Shown one piece after another: positions 28,570-37,846 of a stretch of 47,403 nucleotides of DNA. Within the stretch, counting starts at the first letter, position 1, and each line of letters starts with the position of its first letter. Origin of the DNA: Candidatus Parvarchaeota archaeon. GTDB lineage: Archaea > Nanobdellota > Nanobdellia > Parvarchaeales > Parvarchaeaceae. The notes under the pieces are model-generated. The model saw only the letters and a program-made list of their open reading frames with translations, was not told the origin of the DNA and made no database searches. A program made the translations under genes and the position numbers. The stretch spans positions 1 through 47,403 of the forward strand of contig JAMCRO010000035.1 in assembly GCA_023380615.1 (NCBI GenBank), in the 5' to 3' direction.

Positions 28570-29668
28570 AACCTGCTAGTTTTACTACCTCCTGTATCGC
28601 CTCCGCCATATTGGTAAAAGCGTCTATTCCATTTTTTCTTAAAAGCTCTTTTCCTTTAGCTTCATTAAAGCCCTTTAACCTAACTACTATTTTGAAAGTT
28701 ATATTAAGTTTATTTATTGCCTGGACAATACCTTCTGCAACAGTATCTGCTTTTGTTACTCCCCCAAATATGTTTATAAAAAGGACCTTTGGATTTGAGT
28801 CCTTGACCAATTCTATTGCTTCTGCGACTCTTGCCGGATCGTCTGTTCCGCCAAGATCTAAGAAATCGCCTGCTGCCCCTCCTGCCAATTTTATTTGGTC
28901 TATTGTTGCTAAGGTTAACCCCGCGCCATTTGCTATCAAACCAATATTTCCGTTTAATCTAACAAAAGATATGCCCTTTTTCTTTGCTTTCATTTCCAAT
29001 TCATCTGAGGAATATTCATCTCGTTTATATTCTGGGTGCCTAAACAATGCGTCATCTTCAATAGAAATCTTTGAATCCAACGCCAATAACTGAGTATTAG
29101 TTACTGCCAAGGGGTTTATCTCTACTAATTCGGCGTCTTTCTCCGTAAATATTCTCCACATCGAATTTAATATACTAAAGAATTGAAGCCTGTAATTTTC
29201 ACCTAATCCAGTAAATTCAAAGGCCTGCCTCTTCTGATAGTCAAGTACCCCTACAAAGATGTCTAAATCTAAGCTTTTAATCCTGCTTTTTGGTATCTTC
29301 TCTATATCGACTCCCCCATCTGAAGAAACCAACAGTACTGGTGACTTGTTATTTCTATCTAAAGTCAAAGCTACATACAGTTCCTTGTTATGTTTTATTG
29401 CCTTCTCCACCAAAAAAGAAGTCGGTTTAAAGCCATTAAAAGTGAGCGAACTTACCTTATTAAAAGCTGCGATAAACTCTTCTTGCGTTTTAAATTTTAA
29501 GACTCCTCCGTTTACTCCTCTATGACCAGTAGGAACCTGCGCTTTTATTACATGCTCTTCTTCAAAATCCTTAAAATCTCGTGTAGACCTTATCAACTGG
29601 CCTTTTGGTATTTCTATACCATAGGATTTAAACAATTCCTTGCCCTCAAATTCAAGAAGATCAACCAT
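28553..29668 (-). CDS. sucC: Succinyl-CoA synthetase beta subunit
   Basis: ATP-grasp N-terminus (LLEFEGKELFKSYGI), with GNIGLIANGAGL and NIFGG motifs. Overlaps sucD by 17 nt. Confidence 0.92.
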   Translation of the reverse strand: MVDLLEFEGKELFKSYGIEIPKGQLIRSTRDFKDFEEEHVIKAQVPTGHRGVNGGVLKFKTQEEFIAAFNKVSSLTFNGFKPTSFLVEKAIKHNKELYVALTLDRNNKSPVLLVSSDGGVDIEKIPKSRIKSLDLDIFVGVLDYQKRQAFEFTGLGENYRLQFFSILNSMWRIFTEKDAELVEINPLAVTNTQLLALDSKISIEDDALFRHPEYKRDEYSSDELEMKAKKKGISFVRLNGNIGLIANGAGLTLATIDQIKLAGGAAGDFLDLGGTDDPARVAEAIELVKDSNPKVLFINIFGGVTKADTVAEGIVQAINKLNITFKIVVRLKGFNEAKGKELLRKNGIDAFTNMAEAIQEVVKLAGYGNSN

Positions 29669-29826
29669 TAATTAATAAAGATGTCTTTTTATTAAAACTT
29701 TATACTGTTAAAAAGCAAATTATAAACTGTTTTCATTAACATTTTTACTATCTTTAAATTTATTTACTAACGAGTTAAATAACTCTCGATTTAAACATAT
29801 TTAATAATTAAAATTAAAGATTACTT

Positions 29827-31050
29827 ATGTTAGATTCATCGGTGCTAAATTTTTTGATGTTAGGCACGGCAGGAGTCTTACTTATCGGGTTTTTAGGCAG
29901 GGTTTTAGGTAAAAAGACTGCCATCCCCTACATACTATGGCTTATGTTCTTTGGTCTTCTGATTGGCCCGGTTTTAGGGCTTCTTAAAAGAAATTCGCTG
30001 CTTTCATACCTTCCATTTATAATAAATATAATAATACTGCTTATGCTTTTTAATGCGGGATTAAGCATAAACTTGAGAAAAATAATACATACTATTTCTA
30101 GAGGTTTAATACTGTCTTTAACTAACTTCACCCTGTCTTTCATAGCTGTTTTCTTCATAACTTATTTCCTACTAAATAATCTTTTAGTTTCTGGCCTGTT
30201 AAGTCTAACTGTAGCCGGATTGAGCCTATCAGTAGTATCTAGCTTCAGCAGAAGAAGCGGTACTGAAAAAGCAAGAAACCTTGTAGAATTAGAGGCAACG
30301 GTCGAGGAGCCATTGACAATAATATTTGTTTTGGTATTAGTAGGCGCAATAATATTAAATAATACCAGCATAAGTTTTGTTTCCGGAAAAGTAATATCGG
30401 AGTTTTCAATAGGTGCCGTTATAGGAGCACTTATAGGCATGGCCTGGGTGCCTGTGATGAGTTATTTGCAAAGGAAAAGATATGATTACTCGTATGTGGC
30501 TTCGCTTGCAATAGCTTTCCTTCTGTATGTATTTATAGGAGCAATAAACGGCAGTGGCCCAATAGCAGTATTGGTTTTTGGTATAATAATAGCAAACGGA
30601 GAAAACATATTCAAATCACTAAAATACAAGCACAGTATTTCTTTCAATATAAACAAAGAATCCAAATCATTTAATGAGCTTGTTACTTTTCTAACAACTT
30701 CTTTTTTCTTTGTTTATTTTGGTGCGCTTGTACTTTTGAACGATTATCTTGGGTTTATATTTGGAGTAGTGATAGCCTTGGCACTTGTTATAACTAAATA
30801 CATATCAACAAAAGTTGTTTTGTATAAATCTTCTTATGAAACAAAAGACAAGGCAATAATAGGCTCGATGGTGTCAAGAGGGGCAGGTGCAGCGGTAGTT
30901 GCAGCACTTCCTTTAAGCTATGCTATACCAGGAACAGGTTCATTCATAGACATAGTGTTTGCAGTTATATTTGTGACAATATTTCTGAATAGTTTGATGA
31001 TATCCATAATAAATAAGCAGAAATATAAGGAGGAAAATAAGAATGGCTGA
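29827..31050 (+). CDS. Cation:proton antiporter (CPA1/NhaP-like), paralogue 1
   Basis: About 12 TM helices. The N-terminal pattern IPYILWLMFFGLLIGPVLG...LLMLFNAGLSINL is typical of Na+/H+ exchanger-family proteins. Confidence 0.75.
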   Translation: MLDSSVLNFLMLGTAGVLLIGFLGRVLGKKTAIPYILWLMFFGLLIGPVLGLLKRNSLLSYLPFIINIIILLMLFNAGLSINLRKIIHTISRGLILSLTNFTLSFIAVFFITYFLLNNLLVSGLLSLTVAGLSLSVVSSFSRRSGTEKARNLVELEATVEEPLTIIFVLVLVGAIILNNTSISFVSGKVISEFSIGAVIGALIGMAWVPVMSYLQRKRYDYSYVASLAIAFLLYVFIGAINGSGPIAVLVFGIIIANGENIFKSLKYKHSISFNINKESKSFNELVTFLTTSFFFVYFGALVLLNDYLGFIFGVVIALALVITKYISTKVVLYKSSYETKDKAIIGSMVSRGAGAAVVAALPLSYAIPGTGSFIDIVFAVIFVTIFLNSLMISIINKQKYKEENKNG

Positions 31051-32269
31051 TTCAACAACTTTTATATTATTAATATCGGCACTTATAATATTTTTAGGGT
31101 ATATCGGAGAACAGATATTTAGAAAAACGCATGTACCTTCTTTTCTTTTCCTTGTCTTTATCGGATTTATACTGGGCCCTGTTTTAGGGGTCATACAAAA
31201 GGCATCTTTACTACCTTTACTAGGCGTACTTGCAGAAATAACTCTTATGATGGTCATATTTCATGGAGGATTAGATCTCAAAGCTAGAACCCTGCTTAAA
31301 GATGGTTGGAGGCCATTTGTTCAAGTTGCATTATATATAAGCATAAGCATAATATTTGTGACTTTACTTGCTCATTTTGCGCTGCACTTTGATTTAGTTA
31401 TATCATTGATATTTGCTTCCATAGTTGGTGGTGAAACTACAACTGTTGTTATAATACCTCTATCTAGACAATTAGGAGTAAAGGATAAAACAGTAATGTT
31501 TCTAACATTTGAAGCTGCGTTAAATTCAATAGTTTTAGTAGTTTTGTTCTTAGCATTTGTTGGTCTGTACCAAAGCGGAAGTGCAAACATTTACTCTACT
31601 GTAAATTCATTAATATCTTCGTTTTCGATAGGGATATTTATTGGCTTGATACTTTCAGTAATATGGATTTACCTGCTTAATTATTTGAAAAATCAAAACT
31701 ACACATACGTTTTGACTTTAGGACTACTTTTCCTTACTTATGGCCTTACAGCTAAAGCAGGAGGAAGCGGGTACTTAGCAGTAATAATATTCGGCGTAGT
31801 TTTCGGAAATCATAAATTTATAAGCGAGTTGTTCAGAAGAAAATTAAAAATGGACAAACTTGAAAAACAGATATTTGACTTTCAAGGTGAAATAACTTTT
31901 ATCTTAAAAACATTTTTCTTTGTCTTCTTGGGGTTGGTGTTAAGCCTTTCATTTTCAAGCTTATATTTTGGGTTAGCCGCTGGACTTGCAATATTAGGGA
32001 TTCTTATGTTCTCAAGGTTCATAGCAGTTTCAATATCAACGTATAAGTCGGATATGGTAAAAGATAAATTACCAATATTTATTTCACTGGCCCAAGGTTT
32101 AACCCCTGCTACTTTGGCGATATTGGCTTTGGAAGATGGGATACCTCAGGCAAACACCTTCTTAGTACTTGTAACATATGTCATAATACTAACAAATGTT
32201 GTTACAACTGTAGGAACTTTTATAACCTTAAGAGGGAAAAAGGTAAAAACAAATGCGGCTTCGACTTAA
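31043..32269 (+). CDS. Cation:proton antiporter (CPA1/NhaP-like), paralogue 2
   Basis: Collinear with paralogue 1 (VPSFLFLVFIGFILGPVLG...MMVIFHGGLDLK). AAGGAGG lies upstream. ATGGCTGA gives an 8-nt start/stop overlap with paralogue 1. Confidence 0.8.
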   Translation: MADSTTFILLISALIIFLGYIGEQIFRKTHVPSFLFLVFIGFILGPVLGVIQKASLLPLLGVLAEITLMMVIFHGGLDLKARTLLKDGWRPFVQVALYISISIIFVTLLAHFALHFDLVISLIFASIVGGETTTVVIIPLSRQLGVKDKTVMFLTFEAALNSIVLVVLFLAFVGLYQSGSANIYSTVNSLISSFSIGIFIGLILSVIWIYLLNYLKNQNYTYVLTLGLLFLTYGLTAKAGGSGYLAVIIFGVVFGNHKFISELFRRKLKMDKLEKQIFDFQGEITFILKTFFFVFLGLVLSLSFSSLYFGLAAGLAILGILMFSRFIAVSISTYKSDMVKDKLPIFISLAQGLTPATLAILALEDGIPQANTFLVLVTYVIILTNVVTTVGTFITLRGKKVKTNAAST

Positions 32270-32302
32270 AAGAAATTTATATTCGAAGATATATAAAATA
32301 GA

Positions 32303-33709
32303 ATGGACAAATTTAGAGTAGAACAAGACTATCTTGGAGCAGTTAGAGTACCTAATGATGCGTATTGGGGAGTTCAAACCCAAAGAGCATTAAATAATTT
32401 CCCAATCTCTGGAATAACTTCCATAAAAGAGTACACTTATGCAATAGTTTTAATAAAGAAGGCTGCTGCAATGGCAAATTCGGAGATAGGCCTTTTAAAA
32501 AAGAAGAAGTCGGACGCAATAATACAAGCATGCAATAAGATACTAGAAGGAAAGTTTGACAACCAATTTCTAGTTGATATTTACCAAGCAGGGGAAGGCA
32601 CCTCAAACAACATGAACGTAAATGAGGTTATTGCAAACCTCGCTATTGAAAAACTTGGCAAAGGAAGAGGAGACTATTCTGTGATACACCCTAATGATGA
32701 CGTAAATATGGGCCAGTCATCTAATGATGTTATACCAACTGCTACAAAGATAGCTGCTTTAAAACTTTCGAATGAATTGATAAACTCACTAAATGAACTT
32801 GAAAAATCATTTTCAAAAAAAGCCATAGAATTTAATAAGATAATAAAAAGCGGAAGAACACATTTAATGGATGCAGCACCTATACGGTTAGGGCAGGAGT
32901 TCAATGCATGGTCTGATTTAATAAAAGAATCCGCATACAGAATAAAAGAAGCAAACAAAGAACTGGAAAACATAAACTTAGGAGCAACGGCTGTTGGCAC
33001 GGGAATAAACGCGGATCCTAGATACGTAAAAAAGGCTATAAGCTACCTTTCAAATTGGACTGGGCTTAAATTGAAACAATCTAAGGATTTGCCCGCGGTT
33101 ACTGAATCGCCTTCGGATTTATTTGCACTTTCAGCTGCGATAACCGTTCTTTCTGCTGATTTGATAAAGATTGCCAATGATCTTAGATTAATGAATTCTG
33201 GCCCAATAACTGGCTTAGCAGAGATAACTTTACCTGCAGTTCAACCGGGATCTTCGATAATGCCTGGCAAAGTCAATCCAAGTATAGCTGAAATGGTGGA
33301 TATGGTCTGTTTTAGAGTTATGGGGGACAATAAAACTATTGAATTGGCAACGCAGGCTGGACAATTTGAATTGAATGTTATGGAACCAATTATAAGTTAT
33401 TGTCTTTTGCATGATTTAATAATACTTAGGAATGCCTGCAAAGTATTTGCAGAAAAGGCAGTCAATGACATAAAAGTCAACAAAGAAAAAATAGAGGAGA
33501 TGGTAAACAAGACACCGGGTGTTGGCTTGGCATTAAATCCATATATAGGCTATGAAAAAAGTGCTGATATAGTAAAAACTGCAATAAAGGAAGGTAAGAC
33601 AATAAAACAGGTTGCTGAAGAGAAAAATGTGCTTCAAAAAGAAAAACTTGAAAAGATATTTGACCCTTTTAATCTTACAACACCGAGAAAACTAAAAGGC
33701 AGAAAATAA
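32303..33709 (+). CDS. fumC: Class II fumarate hydratase (aspartase/fumarase superfamily)
   Basis: Signature GSSIMPGKVNP, with TGRTHLMDA-like (SGRTHLMDA) and N-terminal YGVQTQRALNNF motifs. Preferred over aspartase because of the TCA context. Confidence 0.8.
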   Translation: MDKFRVEQDYLGAVRVPNDAYWGVQTQRALNNFPISGITSIKEYTYAIVLIKKAAAMANSEIGLLKKKKSDAIIQACNKILEGKFDNQFLVDIYQAGEGTSNNMNVNEVIANLAIEKLGKGRGDYSVIHPNDDVNMGQSSNDVIPTATKIAALKLSNELINSLNELEKSFSKKAIEFNKIIKSGRTHLMDAAPIRLGQEFNAWSDLIKESAYRIKEANKELENINLGATAVGTGINADPRYVKKAISYLSNWTGLKLKQSKDLPAVTESPSDLFALSAAITVLSADLIKIANDLRLMNSGPITGLAEITLPAVQPGSSIMPGKVNPSIAEMVDMVCFRVMGDNKTIELATQAGQFELNVMEPIISYCLLHDLIILRNACKVFAEKAVNDIKVNKEKIEEMVNKTPGVGLALNPYIGYEKSADIVKTAIKEGKTIKQVAEEKNVLQKEKLEKIFDPFNLTTPRKLKGRK

Positions 33710-33739
33710 GCTTATTAGCTATAAATGAGACATAACTAA

Positions 33740-34747
33740 ATGATAGTATTCAGCTGTGCAATTGCGGGCTCGGACAGAATAACTCTAGAAAGTAAAGCCG
33801 TGAAGATAGCCAAACAGCACGGCAAAACCCTGGAAATAATAAATTTCATAGATGAGATGATTAAAGTTGCAAATAAAACAAACCCTTATATAAATTCAAA
33901 AAACATCCCGAATCTGGACATAGAAAATATTAGATTATTAAAGGAGAACGCTCTGAAAAACATAAAAACAATAATAGAAGAAAACAAGAAAAAAGATTAT
34001 ATAATAGACGGGCACATGTCATTTTGGTGGAGAGGGGGACCATTAAGCCTTATAAATTCAAAAGATATGCGTACATTAAACCCTGATTTCTTCATATCTA
34101 TCTTAAATGACCCTAATAACGTCAACCAGAACCTACAAAAGAAAAAATCTTGGGAAGATAAAACAGTTGATGAATATGAGATAGCGTTATGGTCCGAACT
34201 GGAACTTTATACAGCGGACTTGATAAGTAATTCTATAAATAGAAAAAACTATGTTATTGGCTCAAAAGAGGATCCTAATACTCTTTATGAATTGATTTAT
34301 AGGCCTGACAAACCAAAAGCTTACATAAGTTATACTATGGAACATAGGAAAAGCGGATATGATGCACTGGAAAGATTCATAAAAAATATAAAGAAGTACT
34401 TGATAGTCTTTAATCCCAAAGCAGTAGATATTGATTCTTACAAGGAAAATGCAAATGAAAGTACAAAGAACCTTATTTTTAACCAGACAGTAAGAAGAGA
34501 TTTCCATTTAGTAGATCAAACGGACATTACTATTGTTTATCTTTCTGATTTAGTTTATTCGAGTGGCGTTGATGGAGAAAGGATGCATGCACACTTTACC
34601 GGTAAAAAGGTCTTGCTGTATTTCCCTTTCGAAAAATACAGCCCTTTTACACCTTATTTCGTTGATAGCATGTTTAAATCCGAAGCTGATTTGATAAAAG
34701 AGATAAAAGAACTATCGAAAAAATACAAACTTAGACAAAAACAGTGA
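33740..34747 (+). CDS. Two-domain protein: archaeal adenylate-kinase-like N-domain with divergent P-loop, fused to a nucleoside 2-deoxyribosyltransferase/TIR-like Rossmann domain
   Basis: The N-domain is collinear with archaeal AdkA (IIDGHMSFWWRGGPLSL...LNPDFFISIL versus VDTHS....GYLPGLP...LNPD), but the P-loop reads AIAGSDRIT. In the C-domain, KAYISYTM... and RRDFHLVDQTDITIVYLSDLVYSSGVDGERMHAHFTGKKVLLYFP resemble the NDT-fold pattern. Domain calls are from memory of family motifs. Confidence 0.45.
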   Translation: MIVFSCAIAGSDRITLESKAVKIAKQHGKTLEIINFIDEMIKVANKTNPYINSKNIPNLDIENIRLLKENALKNIKTIIEENKKKDYIIDGHMSFWWRGGPLSLINSKDMRTLNPDFFISILNDPNNVNQNLQKKKSWEDKTVDEYEIALWSELELYTADLISNSINRKNYVIGSKEDPNTLYELIYRPDKPKAYISYTMEHRKSGYDALERFIKNIKKYLIVFNPKAVDIDSYKENANESTKNLIFNQTVRRDFHLVDQTDITIVYLSDLVYSSGVDGERMHAHFTGKKVLLYFPFEKYSPFTPYFVDSMFKSEADLIKEIKELSKKYKLRQKQ

Positions 34748-34756
34748 AGTTTAACA

Positions 34757-35452
34757 TTACTTTATAAGCCTTACAGCTCTTAATATCTTCTTGTAAATGG
34801 TGTCCACAAGCCCATAAAGTCTGTTAAAGTATTTGTTATTAATCAAAATAGAATAGATTATAAATGCTATTGCAACTCCTAATATTACGCCTGATATTAC
34901 ATCAGTAGGGTAGTGAACACCAACATAAACTCTACTGTAGGATACCAAAGCCGCTTCAATTACTAAAGGTATAGAATACCTCTTTCTTAAAAATAGAAAC
35001 GCCACTGCTGCACCGCCTGCAACTATCAAAGCATGCCCAGATGGAAATGAAGAATCCAAATCCTTTGGAACTAGAACGTGGTCTACTGATGACAGCAATG
35101 GATTCAGAAAAGGCCTTGGCCTGTAATAAACCGCTTTTAAGGATAATCCAATTATTATTATGGCTATGAAAACTATTACTAGCATTACAGCTCCTTTCTT
35201 TGCTTTTTCATTATTGAAAGCGCTTCCTAATATCCACATTAAAGCCACTACAGGCACCCAAAAGTACTCTCTACCGTAAATTGCAACCGCTGCAAAGAAA
35301 GGATCTAAGAAACTAACACTCCATTTTTCATTTATCAACTTAAAAACCGTCAAATCAAAGCTGTTTGATATCTTGAAGTTTACAAGTAAAAATATAACTA
35401 CAAAGAGTATAACTAGTAATATTCCCGTAAATAACAGTTTTTTATTGAGCAT
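34757..35452 (-). CDS. PAP2-family lipid phosphate phosphatase (e.g. undecaprenyl/dolichyl-diphosphatase type)
   Basis: All three PAP2 motifs: KAVYYRPRP, SFPSGHA and SRVYVGVHYPTDV. The internal ATG (MLNKKLLF...) is preferred over the track start at 35509, which would overlap the divergent gene. Confidence 0.85.
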   Translation of the reverse strand: MLNKKLLFTGILLVILFVVIFLLVNFKISNSFDLTVFKLINEKWSVSFLDPFFAAVAIYGREYFWVPVVALMWILGSAFNNEKAKKGAVMLVIVFIAIIIIGLSLKAVYYRPRPFLNPLLSSVDHVLVPKDLDSSFPSGHALIVAGGAAVAFLFLRKRYSIPLVIEAALVSYSRVYVGVHYPTDVISGVILGVAIAFIIYSILINNKYFNRLYGLVDTIYKKILRAVRLIK

Positions 35453-35503
35453 TATTATAGAAATAATAAGCAGATTTAAATCCTTTTCGGTACTATATTG
35501 ATA

Positions 35504-36217
35504 ATGCAAGATAATGACTCTTTTGTAGACGTGGATGTTGGTAGCATAATAGATGAGTACCTTAATGAGGAATCTCGACCTAAAACAATCGGAGCTTATT
35601 ATCCCAGTGAAATAGGGATGTGCATGCGACGAAGCTACTATTCCTACTTTATATCAAAGCCTACTGAAACCAGCGCACTTAGGATATTCGCTCTTGGTAA
35701 CAATGTACATGAATTTATAGCAAAGGCTCTTAAGGAATCAAGTACCTTGGCAGTAGCAGAAGAAGAAAAACCGATACGGATAGCATACAGCGATGAAAAC
35801 ACAAAATTCACAATATACGGTAGAATAGACGATTACATTGAAACAAAAACGGGCAAAAAAATAATAATAGAAGCCAAATCCACGGGAGACATCACAAAAG
35901 TAAATGAACCTGATCCAAAACACAAGATGCAAATTTCACTGTATTTAGCGGCACAAAAAGCAGATTATGGTCTGTTGGTCTATGCAGACAAGAAAAACCT
36001 TGAGATAAAACAGTTTAGAGTAGAATACAATGAAGAAGAATACAAAAAAGTGATGCAAAGGTTCAAAGATTTAGATTACCATCTACGAAATAAGATATTA
36101 CCGCCTGCCGAATATTACTTTGACAATAAAAAAGTATGGGAATGCAAGTACTGCCCTTACTACAAAGAATGCATGCAAGCTTTAGCAGATTCAAATTCTT
36201 TGGAGAATTATCAATAA
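35504..36217 (+). CDS. Cas4-like PD-(D/E)xK nuclease with 4-Cys Fe-S cluster, stand-alone
   Basis: N-terminal Cys (GMCMRRSYY), RecB motifs GRIDDY...IIIEAKS and QISLY, and C-terminal CKYCPYYKEC. The track start at TTG 35498 is replaced by ATG 35504. No cas genes or CRISPR array nearby. Confidence 0.75.
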   Translation: MQDNDSFVDVDVGSIIDEYLNEESRPKTIGAYYPSEIGMCMRRSYYSYFISKPTETSALRIFALGNNVHEFIAKALKESSTLAVAEEEKPIRIAYSDENTKFTIYGRIDDYIETKTGKKIIIEAKSTGDITKVNEPDPKHKMQISLYLAAQKADYGLLVYADKKNLEIKQFRVEYNEEEYKKVMQRFKDLDYHLRNKILPPAEYYFDNKKVWECKYCPYYKECMQALADSNSLENYQ

Positions 36218-36220
36218 AAA

Positions 36221-36598
36221 TTAACTATCTTTAACTTCTTTGTACACTTTTCTTACAGCGTCCAACCCAACGGTAGCGCATTTTACCCTAGATATGCTTA
36301 TATCTCCTATGCCAAGTAAGTTCTCAATGTCTTTCAATTCCATTTTTTCAATTTCCTTTAATGGTTTACCAATCAAAAAACTACATAGTTTTGACAGCGA
36401 AACTGTTGATATAACACAGCCTTTACCCTCAAAGGAAGCATCCTTTACTATTCCGTTTTCAACGTCCAAATAAACTGAAAACTTATCTCCGCAGGAAGGT
36501 GAATAACCTTTTTCAGAGTAGTTATACTTGGTTAGTTTGCCGAAATGCTCTGGATTTCTGTAAAGCTCCACCAATTCATAAAATTTATCGTCTTCCAT
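36221..36598 (-). CDS. sufU: SufU/IscU-type Fe-S cluster scaffold/sulfur-transfer protein
   Basis: YRNPEHFGKL, SCGD, GKGCVIS and C-terminal VKCATVG give the three conserved Cys of the NifU-N/SufU family. Overlaps sufS by 14 nt. Confidence 0.85.
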   Translation of the reverse strand: MEDDKFYELVELYRNPEHFGKLTKYNYSEKGYSPSCGDKFSVYLDVENGIVKDASFEGKGCVISTVSLSKLCSFLIGKPLKEIEKMELKDIENLLGIGDISISRVKCATVGLDAVRKVYKEVKDS

Positions 36599-37802
36599 AT
36601 TTGTCTGCTATATTGTTTAATTCATATATGAAAGTATCTATCTCCTCTTTTGTATTGTAAAAGTAAATGCTTGCTCTCGCTGCCCCATCTAATTTTAGTC
36701 TGTCTTCTATTAGTGGCTGCGCGCAGTGAAAACCTGACCTAATAGCTATTCCTTTTTTATCTAGTAAGTAGGCGGTATCATGTGAATGTAATCCTGCAAC
36801 ATTAAATGAAAATATGCCGCCGAATCTTTTACTTTTACCGCTATACACATCTACTTTTTTAAGTTCTTTTGCTCTTTCATACAAGTAATTAGTAAGTTCA
36901 TTTTCATATTTTTCGATGCTTTTCATGCTTATTTTGTTTAGATAATCAACTGCTAACCCTAAACCGTAAGCGCCCTCGACATTCTGTGTGCCTGCCTCAA
37001 ACAAATTTGGAGCATTTTCGTAAATAACTTTTGATAGACTGACATCCTTTATCATTTCACCGCCAGTTAAAAATGGCTTTAAATTTTCCGCGATGTCCTT
37101 TTTTATATATAAAACCCCTATGCCGAAAGGAGCAAGCATTTTGTGGCCGGAAAAGGCAACAAAATCGGCACCGATATCTTTAACATCAAAAGGTATGTGC
37201 GGGATAGACTGTGCAGCATCTATAAGAACAAGAGCGCCCTGATCGTGTGAAAACCGTGTTATTTCCTTAACATCATTTATAGTACCCGTAACGTTTGAAG
37301 CATGCGTTACTGCAACTAGCCTTGTATTTTTGGGTAGCTGTTTATAATAATCCAAATCCAACTCATAAATATCAGAAATTGGAGCGATGTCAACGTTTAT
37401 GCCTTTTTCTTTTAAACGAAGCCACGGCAGAAGGTTTGAATGGTGCTCCATATATGTACTTGAAATTCTATCGCCCTCCTTAAATGGAAAAGCAAAGGAA
37501 ACTAAGTTTATTGCTTCTGTTGCATTCCTTACAAAAACTATCTCTTCAGGCTCTGCATTTATGAAAGCAGCAACTTTCTCTCTTGCATCGTTATATGCTT
37601 TAGTGGCTTCCTCTGCTAGGCTGTGTATACTTCTTATTGGATTCGCATTTATGTTCTCATAAAAATACTTGATTCCCTCTATAACTGAAGAGGGCTTTTG
37701 AGAAGTCGCTGCATTGTCTAAATATATCAATGGGTTCCCATTTATTTTTTTAGACAAAATCGGAAAGTCTTCCCGTATTTTTTCTATATCGATATTATTC
37801 AT
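36585..37802 (-). CDS. sufS: Cysteine desulfurase, SufS type (class V aminotransferase)
   Basis: PLP Lys in FSGHKMLAPFGIGVLY, catalytic Cys in RSGFHCAQP, and THASNVTG. Confidence 0.9.
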   Translation of the reverse strand: MNNIDIEKIREDFPILSKKINGNPLIYLDNAATSQKPSSVIEGIKYFYENINANPIRSIHSLAEEATKAYNDAREKVAAFINAEPEEIVFVRNATEAINLVSFAFPFKEGDRISSTYMEHHSNLLPWLRLKEKGINVDIAPISDIYELDLDYYKQLPKNTRLVAVTHASNVTGTINDVKEITRFSHDQGALVLIDAAQSIPHIPFDVKDIGADFVAFSGHKMLAPFGIGVLYIKKDIAENLKPFLTGGEMIKDVSLSKVIYENAPNLFEAGTQNVEGAYGLGLAVDYLNKISMKSIEKYENELTNYLYERAKELKKVDVYSGKSKRFGGIFSFNVAGLHSHDTAYLLDKKGIAIRSGFHCAQPLIEDRLKLDGAARASIYFYNTKEEIDTFIYELNNIADKYGRR

Positions 37803-37846
37803 AGCTCTATCTAACCGTTATTATTTATAAATATAACGCTGTTATA

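Noticed and set aside
28611-29093. 160-aa + strand ORF inside sucC, plus similar + strand ORFs inside sucD (27689..27985, 28313..28501)
   Set aside because: They are antisense to highly conserved succinyl-CoA synthetase genes.
29772-29785. Inverted repeat GAGTTA-AA-TAACTC upstream of the antiporter genes, and near-repeats TATACTGTT/TAAACTGTT at 29701-29731
   Set aside because: These are short (6-bp arms) in an AT-rich region and are expected by chance. There is no supporting context.
32303-33709. Alternative call of aspartate ammonia-lyase for the fumC-like gene
   Set aside because: The shared GSSIMPGKVNP signature cannot separate the two. Fumarase is preferred because of the surrounding TCA genes. 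Phylogeny is needed to settle it.
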